NCBI GenBank assembly: GCA_036172245.1
Contig: JAYWIR010000052.1
Coordinates: 248,001 to 312,000, forward strand
DNA length: 64,000 nt
Source: Raillietiella orientalis
Lineage: Eukaryota
Direction: 5' to 3'
Within the stretch, counting starts at the first letter, position 1, and each line of letters opens with the position of its first letter. Positions 1 through 12,517 of this stretch are shown one piece after another. The notes beneath the pieces are model-generated. The model saw only the letters and a list, made by a program, of their open reading frames with translations, was not told where the DNA came from and searched no databases. Both the position numbers and the translations under genes were made by a program.

Positions 1-399
1 GCGGATCTTCTTCCTGCGGGCACAGCGCCGGTGTGTTCCTCTGACGCGGTGCCTTGCCCTGACATGCGTTCCCTGCAGTTTCCCTCGGTCGGTCCTTCCT
101 CATCCTTCCAGATGGAACCTCCAGCGCTCAGAGGCCGTGTTCCCTCAGGACACGTGGCGACGTCACGGGCACCTGCCTTCATCTGTTGCCACGACCGCTG
201 GAAGTGGTGATGTAGGCGAACTGGTCGACTCTGGCCGCCACACCGCTCGCTGTAGCGCTGTCTACCTTCAGGGCAAGCGACGGCAGCCGCCGACCGGCGA
301 GGTGGGAGTTTTCGTCCTGAGCCATCGCGGGAAGGACGAAACTCCTTGGAGGTCGGAGGACGCGCGCGAGCTGGCGGATGCTGCCACTCCGCATGCCCT

Positions 400-720
400 A
401 GAGACGAGGATTCCACTTCTCAGTGCTGCCCCCTGAAGAACTTGCGGCCCTTCCTCCCCCTCCCAGTGCCTGGGCACTTCTGCGTTCCCTCTGCCCTGGA
501 AACAGGCCCTGCTGCTCTTCTTCCACGGGAGATTCCAGTGCAACGAGCGCCTGCAACCTCGCTTCCGCAGGGGGTGCATCCCCGAACTGCCGTTCCTGGT
601 GCAGGTCGGTAGGGTCGTCGCCGCACCTGCTTTGGGACAGCGGTGCCCTCCGGGAACCGTGGTGGAGGAGGCTGGGCAGCAGCACTCCTGCGCCAGGAAG
701 ACACCGCCCGCGACCTGCTG
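400..720 (+). mobile_element. Degenerate LINE (L1/Tx1-like) ORF2 C-terminal zf-RVT fragment
   Basis: Frameshifted translation gives QALLLFFHGRFQCNERLQ followed by CRSWCRSVGSSPHLLWDSGALREPW. This matches the zf-RVT pattern and parallels the relics at 41.4-45.9 kb. Boundaries are approximate. Confidence 0.55.
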
Positions 721-3700
721 CGGCGGTTCTTCGCGCCGGGAGGACTCTCGACGGGCGCGGCGATCGGTGTATACGGAGCGAACTCAAAGAACCCCCCTGA
801 CCTGTTCCCCCAGAATTCCTCATGTTTTCTTTTTCTTTTTGTACTCTCTCCCCGCTCCCCCTTCCCTTTCCCTTTCCGGAATTCTGCATATCCCGACCTG
901 CGTGTCGGTGGACCCTCCCCCCTGAACCTCCTCCTTTCTTTTCGGTTGCGAACCAGCGTTCCTCACCCAACTGGTTTCTTTTTATAAGATGAACGTCCTC
1001 GGGTTGTGACCGGGTGGAAAAAAGCACAAACAAACCTCGATGCGGAGTTTATCGGGTTGGAATTTTTTGGTGGTGTACATCATCGAGAGTGTCACCACCG
1101 ACTCTCCTCCTTTCATTCTGGAACTCTGGAATGTGCTTGCACGACGCACGTCTTGCCGAACTCTCTACTTTCCATGCTGAGTGCATTTTTTTTTTTTTTC
1201 CGTGTGTGCGCAAGAACTGATTTGTTTGGAAACAACTCAGTTCTTGCGTGATTGCAATTCTATGCTGCTAGTAGATGGCATGCTGCACCCCCGATTGGGC
1301 AAGAAATACAAGAAAAAAAAAAAAAGAAAGAAAGAAAGAAGACAAAGGAACAAACGTTCCACGGCTTTTTCTTTTTTTTTTTTCCTTCGTTTCCGCTGCA
1401 CGTTTCTAATGGAATCGTCTCCCCCCTCCCCCCCAATCCTCCTGGAGTAGAGAGAGTAGAAATGTTCTCTCTCCCCCCAGAAAAACAATTCCGCGAATTC
1501 GCCCGGTCTGGACGACTTCTCGGGGGCTCGAACGACGGATCGCCGTGATCTTCCGCAGCCTCCCTCCCTCCCTCCTCTTTTCTCGCGCGGTCCACTGCCA
1601 GGCAAACAGAATCACCTCGGCGCGCGCACGGAAAACAAGGAGGAGGTTCCCGGATGGATGGAGAACCGCACGGCACGAGATTCGAAAGTCTGTTTCAAGT
1701 GGTGGGACCATTCGCTGATTGCTTTCCTTGCGGATCTTTACGATCATCAGGTGTCCTTGGCAGCCCAACTCCCACATTCCTCCGTAACGAGCGCTGCACA
1801 TTGTCTGCGAGGCACGGGCGGTGTTCTTTGGTGCTCGGCCCGATCTCCGGGACCAACGAAATGCTTTACTGCGGGTGAACGGATGTATCTAATTATAGAA
1901 GAATAGTTCGGCAGTGAAACTAGACGAACCGGAGATGCAATCCGACTTCCAAAACAAGAGAACGCGCGCGCGAGCGCACAATTTCCTTTTTTCTTCTCCT
2001 CCTCGGTTTACAGCTTCCAAGACGTGGATCCAGCGCGCCGAGGGGGCTGAGACCACGCCGCGAATTCCTCCTGCAGACAACAAAGGTAATCAAAGGAACT
2101 GCGGAAGAAGAAGAAGAAGAAGAAGAAATAATAAAATGCAACGAGGCGACCGCCGCACGCTTTGCGCCCGAAGTCCGAGCGTGCCGACCAGAAGGAATTC
2201 CTTCGAGGCAGAGCCATGAGTAATCTCCTTCCGTAACGACCGAGAACATGGACCGTCGCGCGGAGAAGCTTCCTCGCGTGCGCGTGCATGCAGGAGGAAA
2301 GGGGGGGGGGGGGATGAAAATGAAAGAAGAGCATTGTGCACTCTCGCGCGGATGACATTTCCTTCTCCTTTCTTGCCGGTGGGAATGCCCCCGGGTGCGC
2401 CGGGTCGTTTATTTATAAGTAAATAGGCATGCACGATATCTCTGTGGTTGGACCCGTGGTCCAACCACGTCGATTTCATCGCAAACCTGCCGCGTTACCG
2501 GGGTGCAGGCCGGGTGAGGTTCGCCGCGGCAGCAGAGGGGAGAGGGCAAAAGGAAAAGAAAAATAAGTAAGCAGAAATTAAGGGGTGGGTGGGGGTGCGG
2601 GAAGGGGACACGTCCTGCAGGGGGCGTTCCTCTGCATCCTTTGGAGGATGCCGGCAAGCTCCTGCGGCAATGCTGTCCCTCCAGGTGGGACCACCTCGTT
2701 GCCATCCTCGCGGAGCGGACGGCGAGGTGGATGGCGCATCCCCACCCCCCCTCGCTGCGTCCCCCTGTTGCGTGGCTCCCGGCAGCTGCAATCCCACGTA
2801 AACGCCGGTAGCGAATCCTCGAGTGCCTGGGAGAGGAGCCGGTGGGCGCGCGCGCGAGGGAAGAGCAGCAGCACCGCGGCACGAAAAAGAACGAGATGGC
2901 TGCACCCTGATGGCGTCTCGGCCCAATCGTGTACGGCATGGGGAGGGGGGGGGGGGGAACAAATCGCGACAGTAAAAAAAACAAAAATAAAAGCAAACGG
3001 AAAAGAAAAAGGAAAAAGGACCCATGTTCGCTGGAGCCATCCGCCGCCAGGCCCAAAAAGAGCATTCGCCGCTTCGAGCCGGGGCGATCACCGGGAACAA
3101 ACAGACTCCGGCTCTGTATCGATTCCTAGGAGGCGCGCACGCACTGGGATGCGGATGCGGAATGGATGCCTCCTGCAAGCACACGATTTAACTCACTTAT
3201 GCAGTAGCGGAATGCTTCGCCATTGCCAATCCTGCGAGGCTCTTCGCGACTCGCGCGGCCCTCGACCGGCTGCACGTGGATGTACCCTGCAGGATGTATT
3301 TACCGTACATTGCCGTTCCAGGACGAGGCGGATGCTCGCGAGCAGATTCTTTCTTTTTTAAAAGAGGAAAAAAAAAAAAAAAAATTCCTCTCCTCGACGA
3401 TGAGGAATCACCCACCTGACGTCACGTCGCACGGAGGAATTTCCTGCAACTTGATGATCAACTCCCGGAGATCGATATTCGAGCGCGCCGCATTCCTCCG
3501 CCAAGGTTCGCGGTTTTGTCGGCGGACCTACGAGCGAGGTGTCCGCATCGCCGGCCCCCCCGAGGCCGTGGAGGCAGGCGACCCCGGGCGGGGTGGCCGG
3601 TGGCTGGTGGTAGGGACCAGCTCGGAACTGCCGGAGAGAGCACCGACTGCGCCTCTTCCTCCGCGCGCGTCCCTCTCGCCGCGTCGGGAACGCGGAGAAC

Positions 3701-4779
3701 GGACGGTCGCCGCCTCTCCCGACCCTTTCGTAACGCAAAACCGAAGGGCCCAGACGCGAGGCGCGCGCGCTCTTCGAGGGGCCTTCGCGGAAACGCGCGC
3801 GGCCGGCCGCGAACTTCCGCTGCGTGCGTCCGCGTCGGTACGGAAGCTGAGCTTGGAGCTTCGAAGGTGAAGTCGCGCTGCGGGGACAGAGAGAGGTCCG
3901 CCGATGCGAACAGCGAAATTCATTCCCGGATGATCAATAAGCGCTAATTGCACGTCCCCCCCCTTCCTGTCCCCCTTTCTTCTTGACCCGGTTACCGTGA
4001 TGCCCGTCGAGTTCACGGACTGCCTGGCTATCGATTTCCACAGGCGCACGGGAAAACGAACCCTGAAGCGTCGTGCGCGTACCGCGCCACGCTCTCGGGG
4101 TCGCCGCCGCAGGCCCGGGCTATGGGCACCGCGAGACGAGCCCATTCTGCGTGCAGATTCTCATGCTGCGTTCTTGCATTTCCATGCTTCCGCCTGCACT
4201 CGTTAGGCGGCACCGAGGGTGCGCCATGGAAACCAGTCGTCATGCGAACGAACGACGGCTAATGATCGGAAATGAAAAGTTTCGGAAGGTTTATTTTTAG
4301 GCGTCCGCGCTCGCCCCGATCTTTTTGATTGGGCGAAACCGTGTGTGCCGGGCAACGGGTGCTGCGTTTCCTGGGAGTTTTCGTCCGAAGGCTTCCCCGC
4401 TCACCTGAAGGCGCTGCGCCGTTCTTTGGCAGGTGCCGAAGGGGAAAAGAGGAGGCTCCCTCCCTTCGGGAGAAAGCCGGACCGTCCGCCGCCGGCAGGA
4501 CGGCAACTTCCGAGCCACGCCGCACCGATGCGCGCTCGCGATCCTCAGGGATGGAAGAAGGGAGGGGAGAAGCCCGCCTTCAAGAGACGGCCTCCCCCCA
4601 GTCATGGAAGCGTCTCCCCTTCCACCCTTCAAAGTTCCTGCTGCCGCTCCCCGCCCTTTTCTTTTTTCACCCTTCTTCTAGCGGCCCTTCTTCCCCTCCC
4701 TATGGAGCGAGCTCCATCCAGTCGCGATGGGAAAGTCTTTGGATGTTTATCCTGTAGGCTCTGACAGGAATGGGAGCGC

Positions 4780-4980
4780 ACCACCACCACCACCAGCAAC
4801 AGCAGCGCTGTCAGCTTCACCACCAGCAGAAAGAGAAGCGCCGTCTCCAAAAGCATCACCACCAGCCGCTGGTGGTAGGGTTGGCGGTGCTTCTGCTGGT
4901 GGTGGTGAAGCTGACGGTGCTGTTGCTGGTGTTTGTGGTGATGGTGAAGCTGGCAGTGCTGGGGTGCTGGTGGTGGCGGT
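4780..4980. repeat. Imperfect inverted repeat (fold-back) built from CAC/CAG-rich units
   Basis: The left arm caccagcaacagcagcgctgtcagcttcaccaccagcagaa is nearly the reverse complement of the right arm ttctgctggtggtggtgaagctgacggtgctgttgctggtg. The centre is accagc-c-gctggt at about 4867. Confidence 0.8.
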
Positions 4981-5099
4981 GAGATCCCATCCCTGTCATC
5001 GCCTCTGGGGTGAACATCCAAAGACCCTCCGGCCGAATGCGCTCCATAGAGGGACGGGGGAAGACGCCAGTGATGGCGTCGCAAGTCTTCCCTGAGGAG

Positions 5100-5700
5100 A
5101 ACGCGGTCGCAGAAGCCGGACCGTTCTGACCTTCCAGGTGCGGTGCACCGGGGTGCGCTGGCGATCGTCGGGGATGAAAGACGAGCGGGGAGGAAGCCCG
5201 CCTTGGAGCGACAATGGCTCCTGAAGACAGACGCTCGCTCTTTCGGGGCGCCTCGTCAGCAGCTGCGGATGACGGTCAGCAGTCCAACGGAGCAGCCAAG
5301 GGACGCGCGCGCTCGGGAAGCGGTCCTTGCGACCTCGGCACCTGTCCCAAGGACCCTCCGGATGACCTCCCTGGAGAAACACGTGGCAGCAGGACGGAAG
5401 AGGTGCACGGGAGAAGTGTACGGGAAGAGGCGCTAGTGACTCCAGAATGTGGGGGGGCGAGTGGGAGGAAAGTCTGGGGCGATGCCCCAGCTACTGGAAG
5501 TGCCAGGAACGCCTCCACTTCGCCTGATCGCGAGAAGACCTCGGGCCACAGGTGAAGGCGATGTCCTTGGGCTGCTGGGTTGTCGTGCTGCCCGGAGCAC
5601 GACCAGACACGCAAGGAAAAAGAGGAAGGGGAAGAGAGCAGGCTACAGGATGAGTGGCAGCCGGATGGAGGGGCGTCTCCTAGGTGACGGCCAGGGAGCA
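5100..5700 (-). mobile_element. Possible further degenerate LINE zf-RVT fragment
   Basis: The minus-strand frame CCHVFLQGGHPEGPWDR resembles the H-x-F/L...W stretch of the other copies (PHLLWDSGALREPW, THLLAGGTALRPLW). Confidence 0.3.
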
Positions 5701-8700
5701 TTCGTTTGAGCTCACCTGCCCTTTGCCGACCGGGTGGCGGCGATGGCAGCGGGAAGTGGAAAAAGAGGAAGGAAGGAGGGGGGGGGGGATGGAATCTCTA
5801 GAGCTTCATGTGGGGTTCCCGGGCCCTCTCTTGAGGTAGGAGGGCACAGGGCAGCTTTCTTCTCCGCCGCTCTCTCTCCAGCGGTGCAGTCCCATCTGCA
5901 CGGGCGTGCAATGATGAGTCGGGAGGGCAGCGTGTGCCCCGTGGAGGTCCTGTCGTGAAGGAAGGCGTCCCGGGAACCGTCCCCACCACCACCACGCCTG
6001 GCCCTCCCGGTGGCCACGAGGGTCCGCGGACATGGAAGCGTCATCGTTGTCGTCGTCGTCAGCAGCAGCAGCAGTATGCGCAGGAGCACCGAGGCCTGCG
6101 CATCACGGTGCCAGGTGTGTGGCCAGGCGACCGGATCCCTCCAGGGTTGGAGACAAACGTCACGGAAGGGAGCATCGGATGCTAAGAAGGGAGGGCAAAA
6201 AAAAAAAATCTCGCTGTCCACTTAGGAATTTACCGAGACGAGGGTTGGTTTCCTACCCGGCGATGGCCAAGAATAAATTCCCTGATCCCTTGAGCAGGGA
6301 TTTTTTTTTGGGCCCTGCCTGCCAGCTCAGCGTGAGCGCTCTCTGCGTAGCCCGTGAGCCCGGGGCCGAGTCCCGTCGTCCGACGTGATTGACGCGGGCA
6401 TCCAGAGAGCACGCGGCGGTCGCCCGGGCGTTCCGCTCGCGAGGGAGGCAGCGATCGCCGACGCGCGCCCCGGCCCGGGCGTGCGTCGGCGATTATTGGT
6501 GCGGGCGTGATGACGTTTGACGGCGCGGAGACATCTTGCAATGGAGGTTACCACCCGGGTGCGCATATGCATAACGTGGTACGAGGACCCACTAACGGCC
6601 AACCTGCCGGGAGGACGCAGTCCGGCGTGACTCTCCCCGGCAGCGACCGGGGACGGGGAAAACACAAAAATAAAAAATAAGGAAAACAAAAAGAAGTTGG
6701 AGGGCCGGGAAGGGTTCACGGACCACTGGGAGGAGGGTCCATCCTTTGCAGGATGCCCACGAGGTCCTTCTCCATTGTACCCAGCTGGGGCCATCCAGTA
6801 GCTCTCACCACGAAGCGAACAGCGTAAGGGATGACGTCCCTCTCGTTAGGATCAACTTCTTCTTGCAATGGAGGAGCAGGACGACGACGGCTACCCGATT
6901 CGGGTGAGCCCCCCTCCCTCCCCTTCCCCTTTTTCCCGCCGCCGCCACCGAGGGGGTGAGTCCTCGATTGTCCATTACACGCGGGATCCGAAGGCACGCC
7001 GGGTGATCGGGGGAACGGGACGGGGATAATCGGGATTTCCGCCGATTCCCCGTCGTCCCTGAAATTAGCGTCGCGCTTTGCGTTTGCCACACGAGCGCCC
7101 GACTTACCTTTTTTTTCCGGTTTCCACGGGAGGAGAAGGGGGAGCCGTTTCGGGGGATCCCGTCTCCTGCCCGAACCTCGAGCAGGATAAGTTCATAGAA
7201 GCAAAGAGGATAAAAGATAAGTGGGGGGAGGGGGAGAGGGGGGAAGGAGGAAGGGGGAGGGCCAGTTAAGGTAGCAAACGGCCGGGGACTCGCGTGTGTG
7301 CATCCACGGTTCGCAAGCAAATAGGGAGAGTGGTCCGCCGATAGGCAGGAGATCTTCATCTTCAGGGAGATAATCCTCGGAAAATAACAGCGGATCCGGT
7401 GCGAAATTGAAAAATGCAAGAATGCATTCGGGGGGAGGGGGAGGGTATGCGTGTGTGGGGGGGGAGGGGGGAGTTGGATACCCCCTTCAAAGCCTTGGAC
7501 GACGGAGAAACGCAATCCTGGCGACTGCTTCAGATCAGAGAGGAGATTATCCGACGTGGATGAGAGAGACGGATGGAAACCGATCAGCTGCAAATAATCG
7601 ATCGCTCCCTCCCTCGAACGGGTTGCATCCGAAAGTTTTTCGGGAACGTCGTCGTCGTCGTCGTCACGAGAACGAAACCGCTTCTGCCGTTCCCCCCCGA
7701 CTGCTTCGTTCTTGCCGCGGACGCCCCGCAACGCTTCACCCTCCCATTGCTGGAGCAGGAAGACGCCGCGATTCCTTTCGGGACCAAGACCAGCGCGCGG
7801 ACCCAGAGCGCGGACGGGCGGATCTTCTCCCCCACTCCCCTCTCTCTTTGCCCCCTTTCCCCCCAACCGTGTCCAATCCTTCCTGTCTGCCGGAACGTCC
7901 GCGTAGCGCAAGAGGAACGCTTCTTCGGCGCGCGGTGGCTGGCTTTCCCCACGGCTTCCTCGAGTTCCCTTGCATCCCGCCTGTCACCGAGACGGACGAA
8001 AAATTCGCAAGGAACGGTGAGGGAAAGGGTTGGGTCCAGTGTTAAGTGCGAAAGACCGAAGACGGCTGCAGTCACCTTTTCGGACCGTGGTCCTCGGGAA
8101 CACAGCTAAGACGGGCATCGCTCCGGACGGTTCTTCCAGGCCTGGAAATGGACGCGTTTCGCCTGAGCTGGCGAGGGTGGGGTGGGGGCGGCGTCGAGGA
8201 CTCGTCGACCGCCCCCTCCCGGCGGAGCCGCCGCCACGCCCGGAAAAAAACAACGTGGAACGCGTCACTTGAAGTAGTGATGACCCCATCCCCCCAATGC
8301 AAGCGGAAAGTGGTCGAGTTTCGAAAGTGATGCAAACATTCAGTCCTCTGCCAGCCCATGGTACGAATGCAACACCGAATCACTGCTTTGGACCTTGGAA
8401 TCCATTAATCGTCGGTTCCTTAATGTTCAGGGGGGAAAAAAATTGATTTTTCCATCGCTATAAAAACCAGAATGGGAGCAATGTGAAATCTGAAAGTAAT
8501 TGCAAATGCCTGAATAAAATCAACGAATGAACCAACCGTAGTCTCTTGCAAACGCCTTTTTTTTTTTTTCCTTCTTTTTATTACCTCTAAGGAATGCTCT
8601 TTAGACACTTCAAAAATTCGAAAGCCATCGAGGGAAGAGAGTCCCGTTTGCATAACTTGGCACCACCTGTATCTGAAACTTTCGCTGGGAACAGGAAACA

Positions 8701-10499
8701 GTTCATTTGAAACACGACGCACTTCCCGCCAAAAGAGAAAAAGGAAAAAAAAAGGAGAATGGTCGATCTTCGAGGAGGGAGGCGGCTGAACTGCCGGATT
8801 CGCCTTTGCACGTACACCCAGCAGAGCCCATCCAAGGGTCGTTGAACACGGCGCGACATCGCCACGGACCGGCCGAGTCGCCCGAATTCGAGATGGCGAC
8901 CGGAATTCGGTCCGCGGGCGTGCGCAGCAAGCGACTCACTTGCCGGGCGCCGCTTCCTGGGAGCTCCTCGGCAGGGAAGAGCGGCGCCGAATTCGGGAAA
9001 ACTCCTGGAGGAGCTCCAGCCCCCGGCGGCCGCCGGGACGTCCTCCGGAAAGAGCCGATGCCCCGAGCCGAGGGGGAGTGCACGTTTCGAATCGCCCGAG
9101 GGCACAGCAGGCTGTTTGAACCGGTTGGAACAACCCCGCGCACAGCGTTCCGCATTCCGCGCGCGGACCCCGGACCACGATCCCGCCGCTCCCGTTTTCG
9201 ATGGGCCGGCGCAACCAACCCGCCGGGAAGCAACGGGAACGTCCCACGGGCGCGCGCAGGCCGGGAAGCCGAAGCGTGTCGCGCTCGTCAGGGGTCAGGC
9301 GCGCCCACGTTGCAGTAGGTGGGCACCGGGCAAGCGATCTGCGTGCCCTTCGTCCCTGCGCGCGCAGCAACGGGCTCCATTCCATTTGTTTATGATTTTT
9401 TTTTTCCTTCTTCTAACGGCGATGCTCGTTCTCCGACGCAGCCAACAACAACAAAAAAAAAGGCGTCCCTTTCCTCGTTTGGGAAGGTCTTGCGGTGAGC
9501 CCTTCCCTGATGCTGGCGAAGGAGGCGATTCGCTTCACCCTCAGCTGGGGGGGGGGAGGCGTCTTCTGCCGGGATGCCCCCTCCACCGGGCGCGCGCGTG
9601 CACTTGCGGGACTGGCGGCGAAAGAGGGAAACCTCGGCCTCTTCGGGGGGGGAGATGGACCGGTTCTTCTTCCCGTTGCTGCCCGCCGAGCTCCGGGGTC
9701 GCCCGGGCTGGTGGGGCGTCGAGGACGCGTCGGCCGCTCCCTCCCGCTGGCGGCGGCGCCGCCGCGCCAAGAAAAAAACGTGGCGCTCGACGCGTGTGCA
9801 CACGTCGGGGCGGCCCTCGAACGCCATAATTGGCGTGTCGCTCCGTTGCAAAGGACGCGAAAGAGGAAATCGTGACACCGTTGCTTACAGCAGAACTGAG
9901 CCTGCGCGGTCGGCTGCTCGGCATTTCCCTATTCCGCACGGATTCCTGTGCGCGTCGACGAAGCACTTGTCACCTGATCCATTCATTTCATGCTTACTTC
10001 TCACTGCTCTCTCTCTCTCTCTCTTTTTTTCTTTTAATGGCCGCACCGCGAACACGTTGGTGGGTTGGCACCGGTGCGTTCTTCCCCAGGGGGGAACACG
10101 CGACCGCTTCGGCAGCATCTCTGAACTGCCGGGATGGCTCGGGGGCGCTCGGCCTGGCCGCCCAAGTCTTTCCCCTCCCCCACTGCTTTTCCAAGCATCA
10201 CAGGAAGGAAAAAAAAAAAAAAAAAAAAGCAGAGAGAACGAACGAGACTCCCTTGAAGCCGGCGACGTTTCTTTTTTTCTTTTTTTTTTTTTAAGAGAGA
10301 GAGACAGAGGGGGGGGGGGGGAAATCCGCTCTACGATCGAAAGGACGCACTTTTCGAAGCATTTTCTTCTTCTACCCCCTCCCCCCCCCAACTTTTTTTT
10401 TCTTCTTCCCTTTCGATAGAGTTGGATTCCAGCACGCAGCGTGCGTGCGTGTGCGTGTGTGTGTGTAGTGCACCACTTCCGCGTCTCAGCCCCCCCCTC

Positions 10500-10570
10500 C
10501 CCCCGCCCGCGCGCGCGGGCGGGCGAGAGCCAATGGGCGGGATCCCCGTCCTGGGCGCCGCCATCTTGCG
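10500..10570 (+). promoter_or_regulatory. Candidate CpG-rich promoter of the plexin gene (GC boxes, CCAAT, YY1/Pho-type motif)
   Basis: GGGCGG at 10517 and 10535, CCAAT at 10530-10534 and CCGCCATCTTG at 10558-10568. A downstream donor-like GTAAGG at 11028 and an acceptor ttccag ending at 12434 would give a 5' UTR intron. Confidence 0.4.
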
Positions 10571-12517
10571 TGCTAGACTCGGTTCGATGAGATCACACGC
10601 GATAAAGAGGGCGGGCGCGAGCTTATGCGGGGCGGCCGCGGAGCGCCAGTGTTCTTCTGCCGCTGACGAGGTGGCGTCGGCCGGCGAGCGAGCCGAAGAA
10701 AAAGTGTGTCCGCGCCTGTGTGTGTGTGTGTGTCCGGGGCGCAGGCAGTGTGGTGTTGCTTCATCCGCTCGGCGTGTCCCGTGTTTCAGGAGGAGCAGGG
10801 GTTTTTTTTTTTTTTTTTGTGTTCCTCTCTCTCTCTCTCTCCCCCCCCCCTTTTTTTTTTCCTTTTTCCCCTCCCCCGCTGATGTGCTCCCGGGAGAAAG
10901 AAGAAAAGAACGCGCACACACACGCGCAGCAGCAGCAGCGGCAGCAGCAGCAGCAAGAAGAAGAAGAAGAAGAAAAGAACTGCTGCATCCCCTGAGAGCC
11001 GCCGCCATCCCTTCTGGGGACGCCTCCGTAAGGTACGATATTGAATTTCAGCTTTCCTCGAGTTGCCATCGGAGGGCTCACCGATCCTCAGCGAAAGAAT
11101 TCGAAAATCGCTTTCTGTATTGAGTTGCCTTCCTTTTTTCTTTTTTTTTTTTCTTTAAAAAAAACGAAAAGAGAGAGAGAGAGAGAGAAAAAAAAGGAAA
11201 GGCGGCTCGTGGTTGTGTTAGAGAGCGCGTGTGATCCGAGCTCGAGGTGAACGCGGACGTGAAGTGTGCCCGAGAAGGAAAATCTTCCCTCCGGCACGCC
11301 GTTTCGCTGTCGCTGGAAGGGAGGCTGCACGCAGGAGGGATGAGGAGGAGAAGGTTCGGGAGAACGTGAGCGTCCGCACCGGGGAGACGTTCCCGTCCGG
11401 AACGAGCCGATCACCATGGCTACCGTAGGCAGGCCTTTGCACCACCGTCAGCCCATTCTCCTCCCTGCCTCCCTCCTTCCCGGCGTCCGTCGCCGGTGGC
11501 ATCGTGTCGTCGTCATCGTCATCTTTTCCGAAACCCCCGCCGTCCCGGAGAAAAATCCTCGAACCCGCCCGCCAGCCGAGCGGCGAGCACCGGCGAGCAG
11601 CCATTCATGACATGCATGTAGTAGCATGAATGCGTTCGCGACGTGCATTTCGGATGACGTCACTGCCTTCTATTTGAGCCCCGCAGACGCAGACGTGCTG
11701 CAGAGTCGGCAGCGGCAAAGCCCGCGGCAGCGTCGTTTGGGAATCTCCAGGCAGAGCATCCGAGTGACACGAAGGAAGCCTTCCGGCGCAGCTCCTTTGC
11801 GGAAGCCTCATGGTGGTGTGCTGGTGGTGGTGGTGGTGGTGGTGGTGGTGGTGCTCTTTTGAATCGGTGACGAGCTGCGCGTGCGTGTGGACGCCACACC
11901 GCCGTGGACGTCGTCCTCGTCGTCGTCGTCGTCGTCGTGGTTCGTGTAAACTCCCCTAGCTGGTTCCGGCGTGTTCCGGGAGATCAGATGGCGCACACGG
12001 ATGCTGCGTACGTTCGACGGGCTCTCTTGCGGAGGGGAAAAAGAAAAAAAAGTCGCGCAAGATTTCCCCTCCCTCCGCTCTCTTTCCTGTCCGACCCCAA
12101 GTTGGACACTTTCGTTGCGGTTGTGTGTGCACGTCTTGGGGATGTTCCGTGTTGTTGAGGTCAGGAGCCGACCCCGCCCTGCAGACGGAGATCCCTTGCC
12201 GCCCGGTCCGAGTCTTCTTCGTTCGCATGGCTAATGAAAGGAAAAGCGCCCGTGGGCTGATTGATTTTTCTGTCGTCTCCTCCGTGGCAGTTCTCATTAA
12301 GCTTCGAATCCGAACGATGGTTGTCGTTTCATTACCCGGTTGCTGTATTGAAATTGTGTACTGTACATTCTCCGTCCGGAACGAATTCAAGGTTTCTTCA
12401 TTGACTTCCCCCCCCCCCACCCCTCTAATTCCAGTCAGAGAAGCATCTCCAAGCAACGCTGTTTCGTCTCTAAGGGATCCTCATCGCAAGTGTTCTGCTC
12501 CGTAATGGTTCATAAAT

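Noticed and set aside
760..12400. Dozens of 100-370 aa ORFs in the GC-rich upstream region
   Set aside because: They are low-complexity translations of homopolymers and SSRs with no domain motifs, as expected from high GC.
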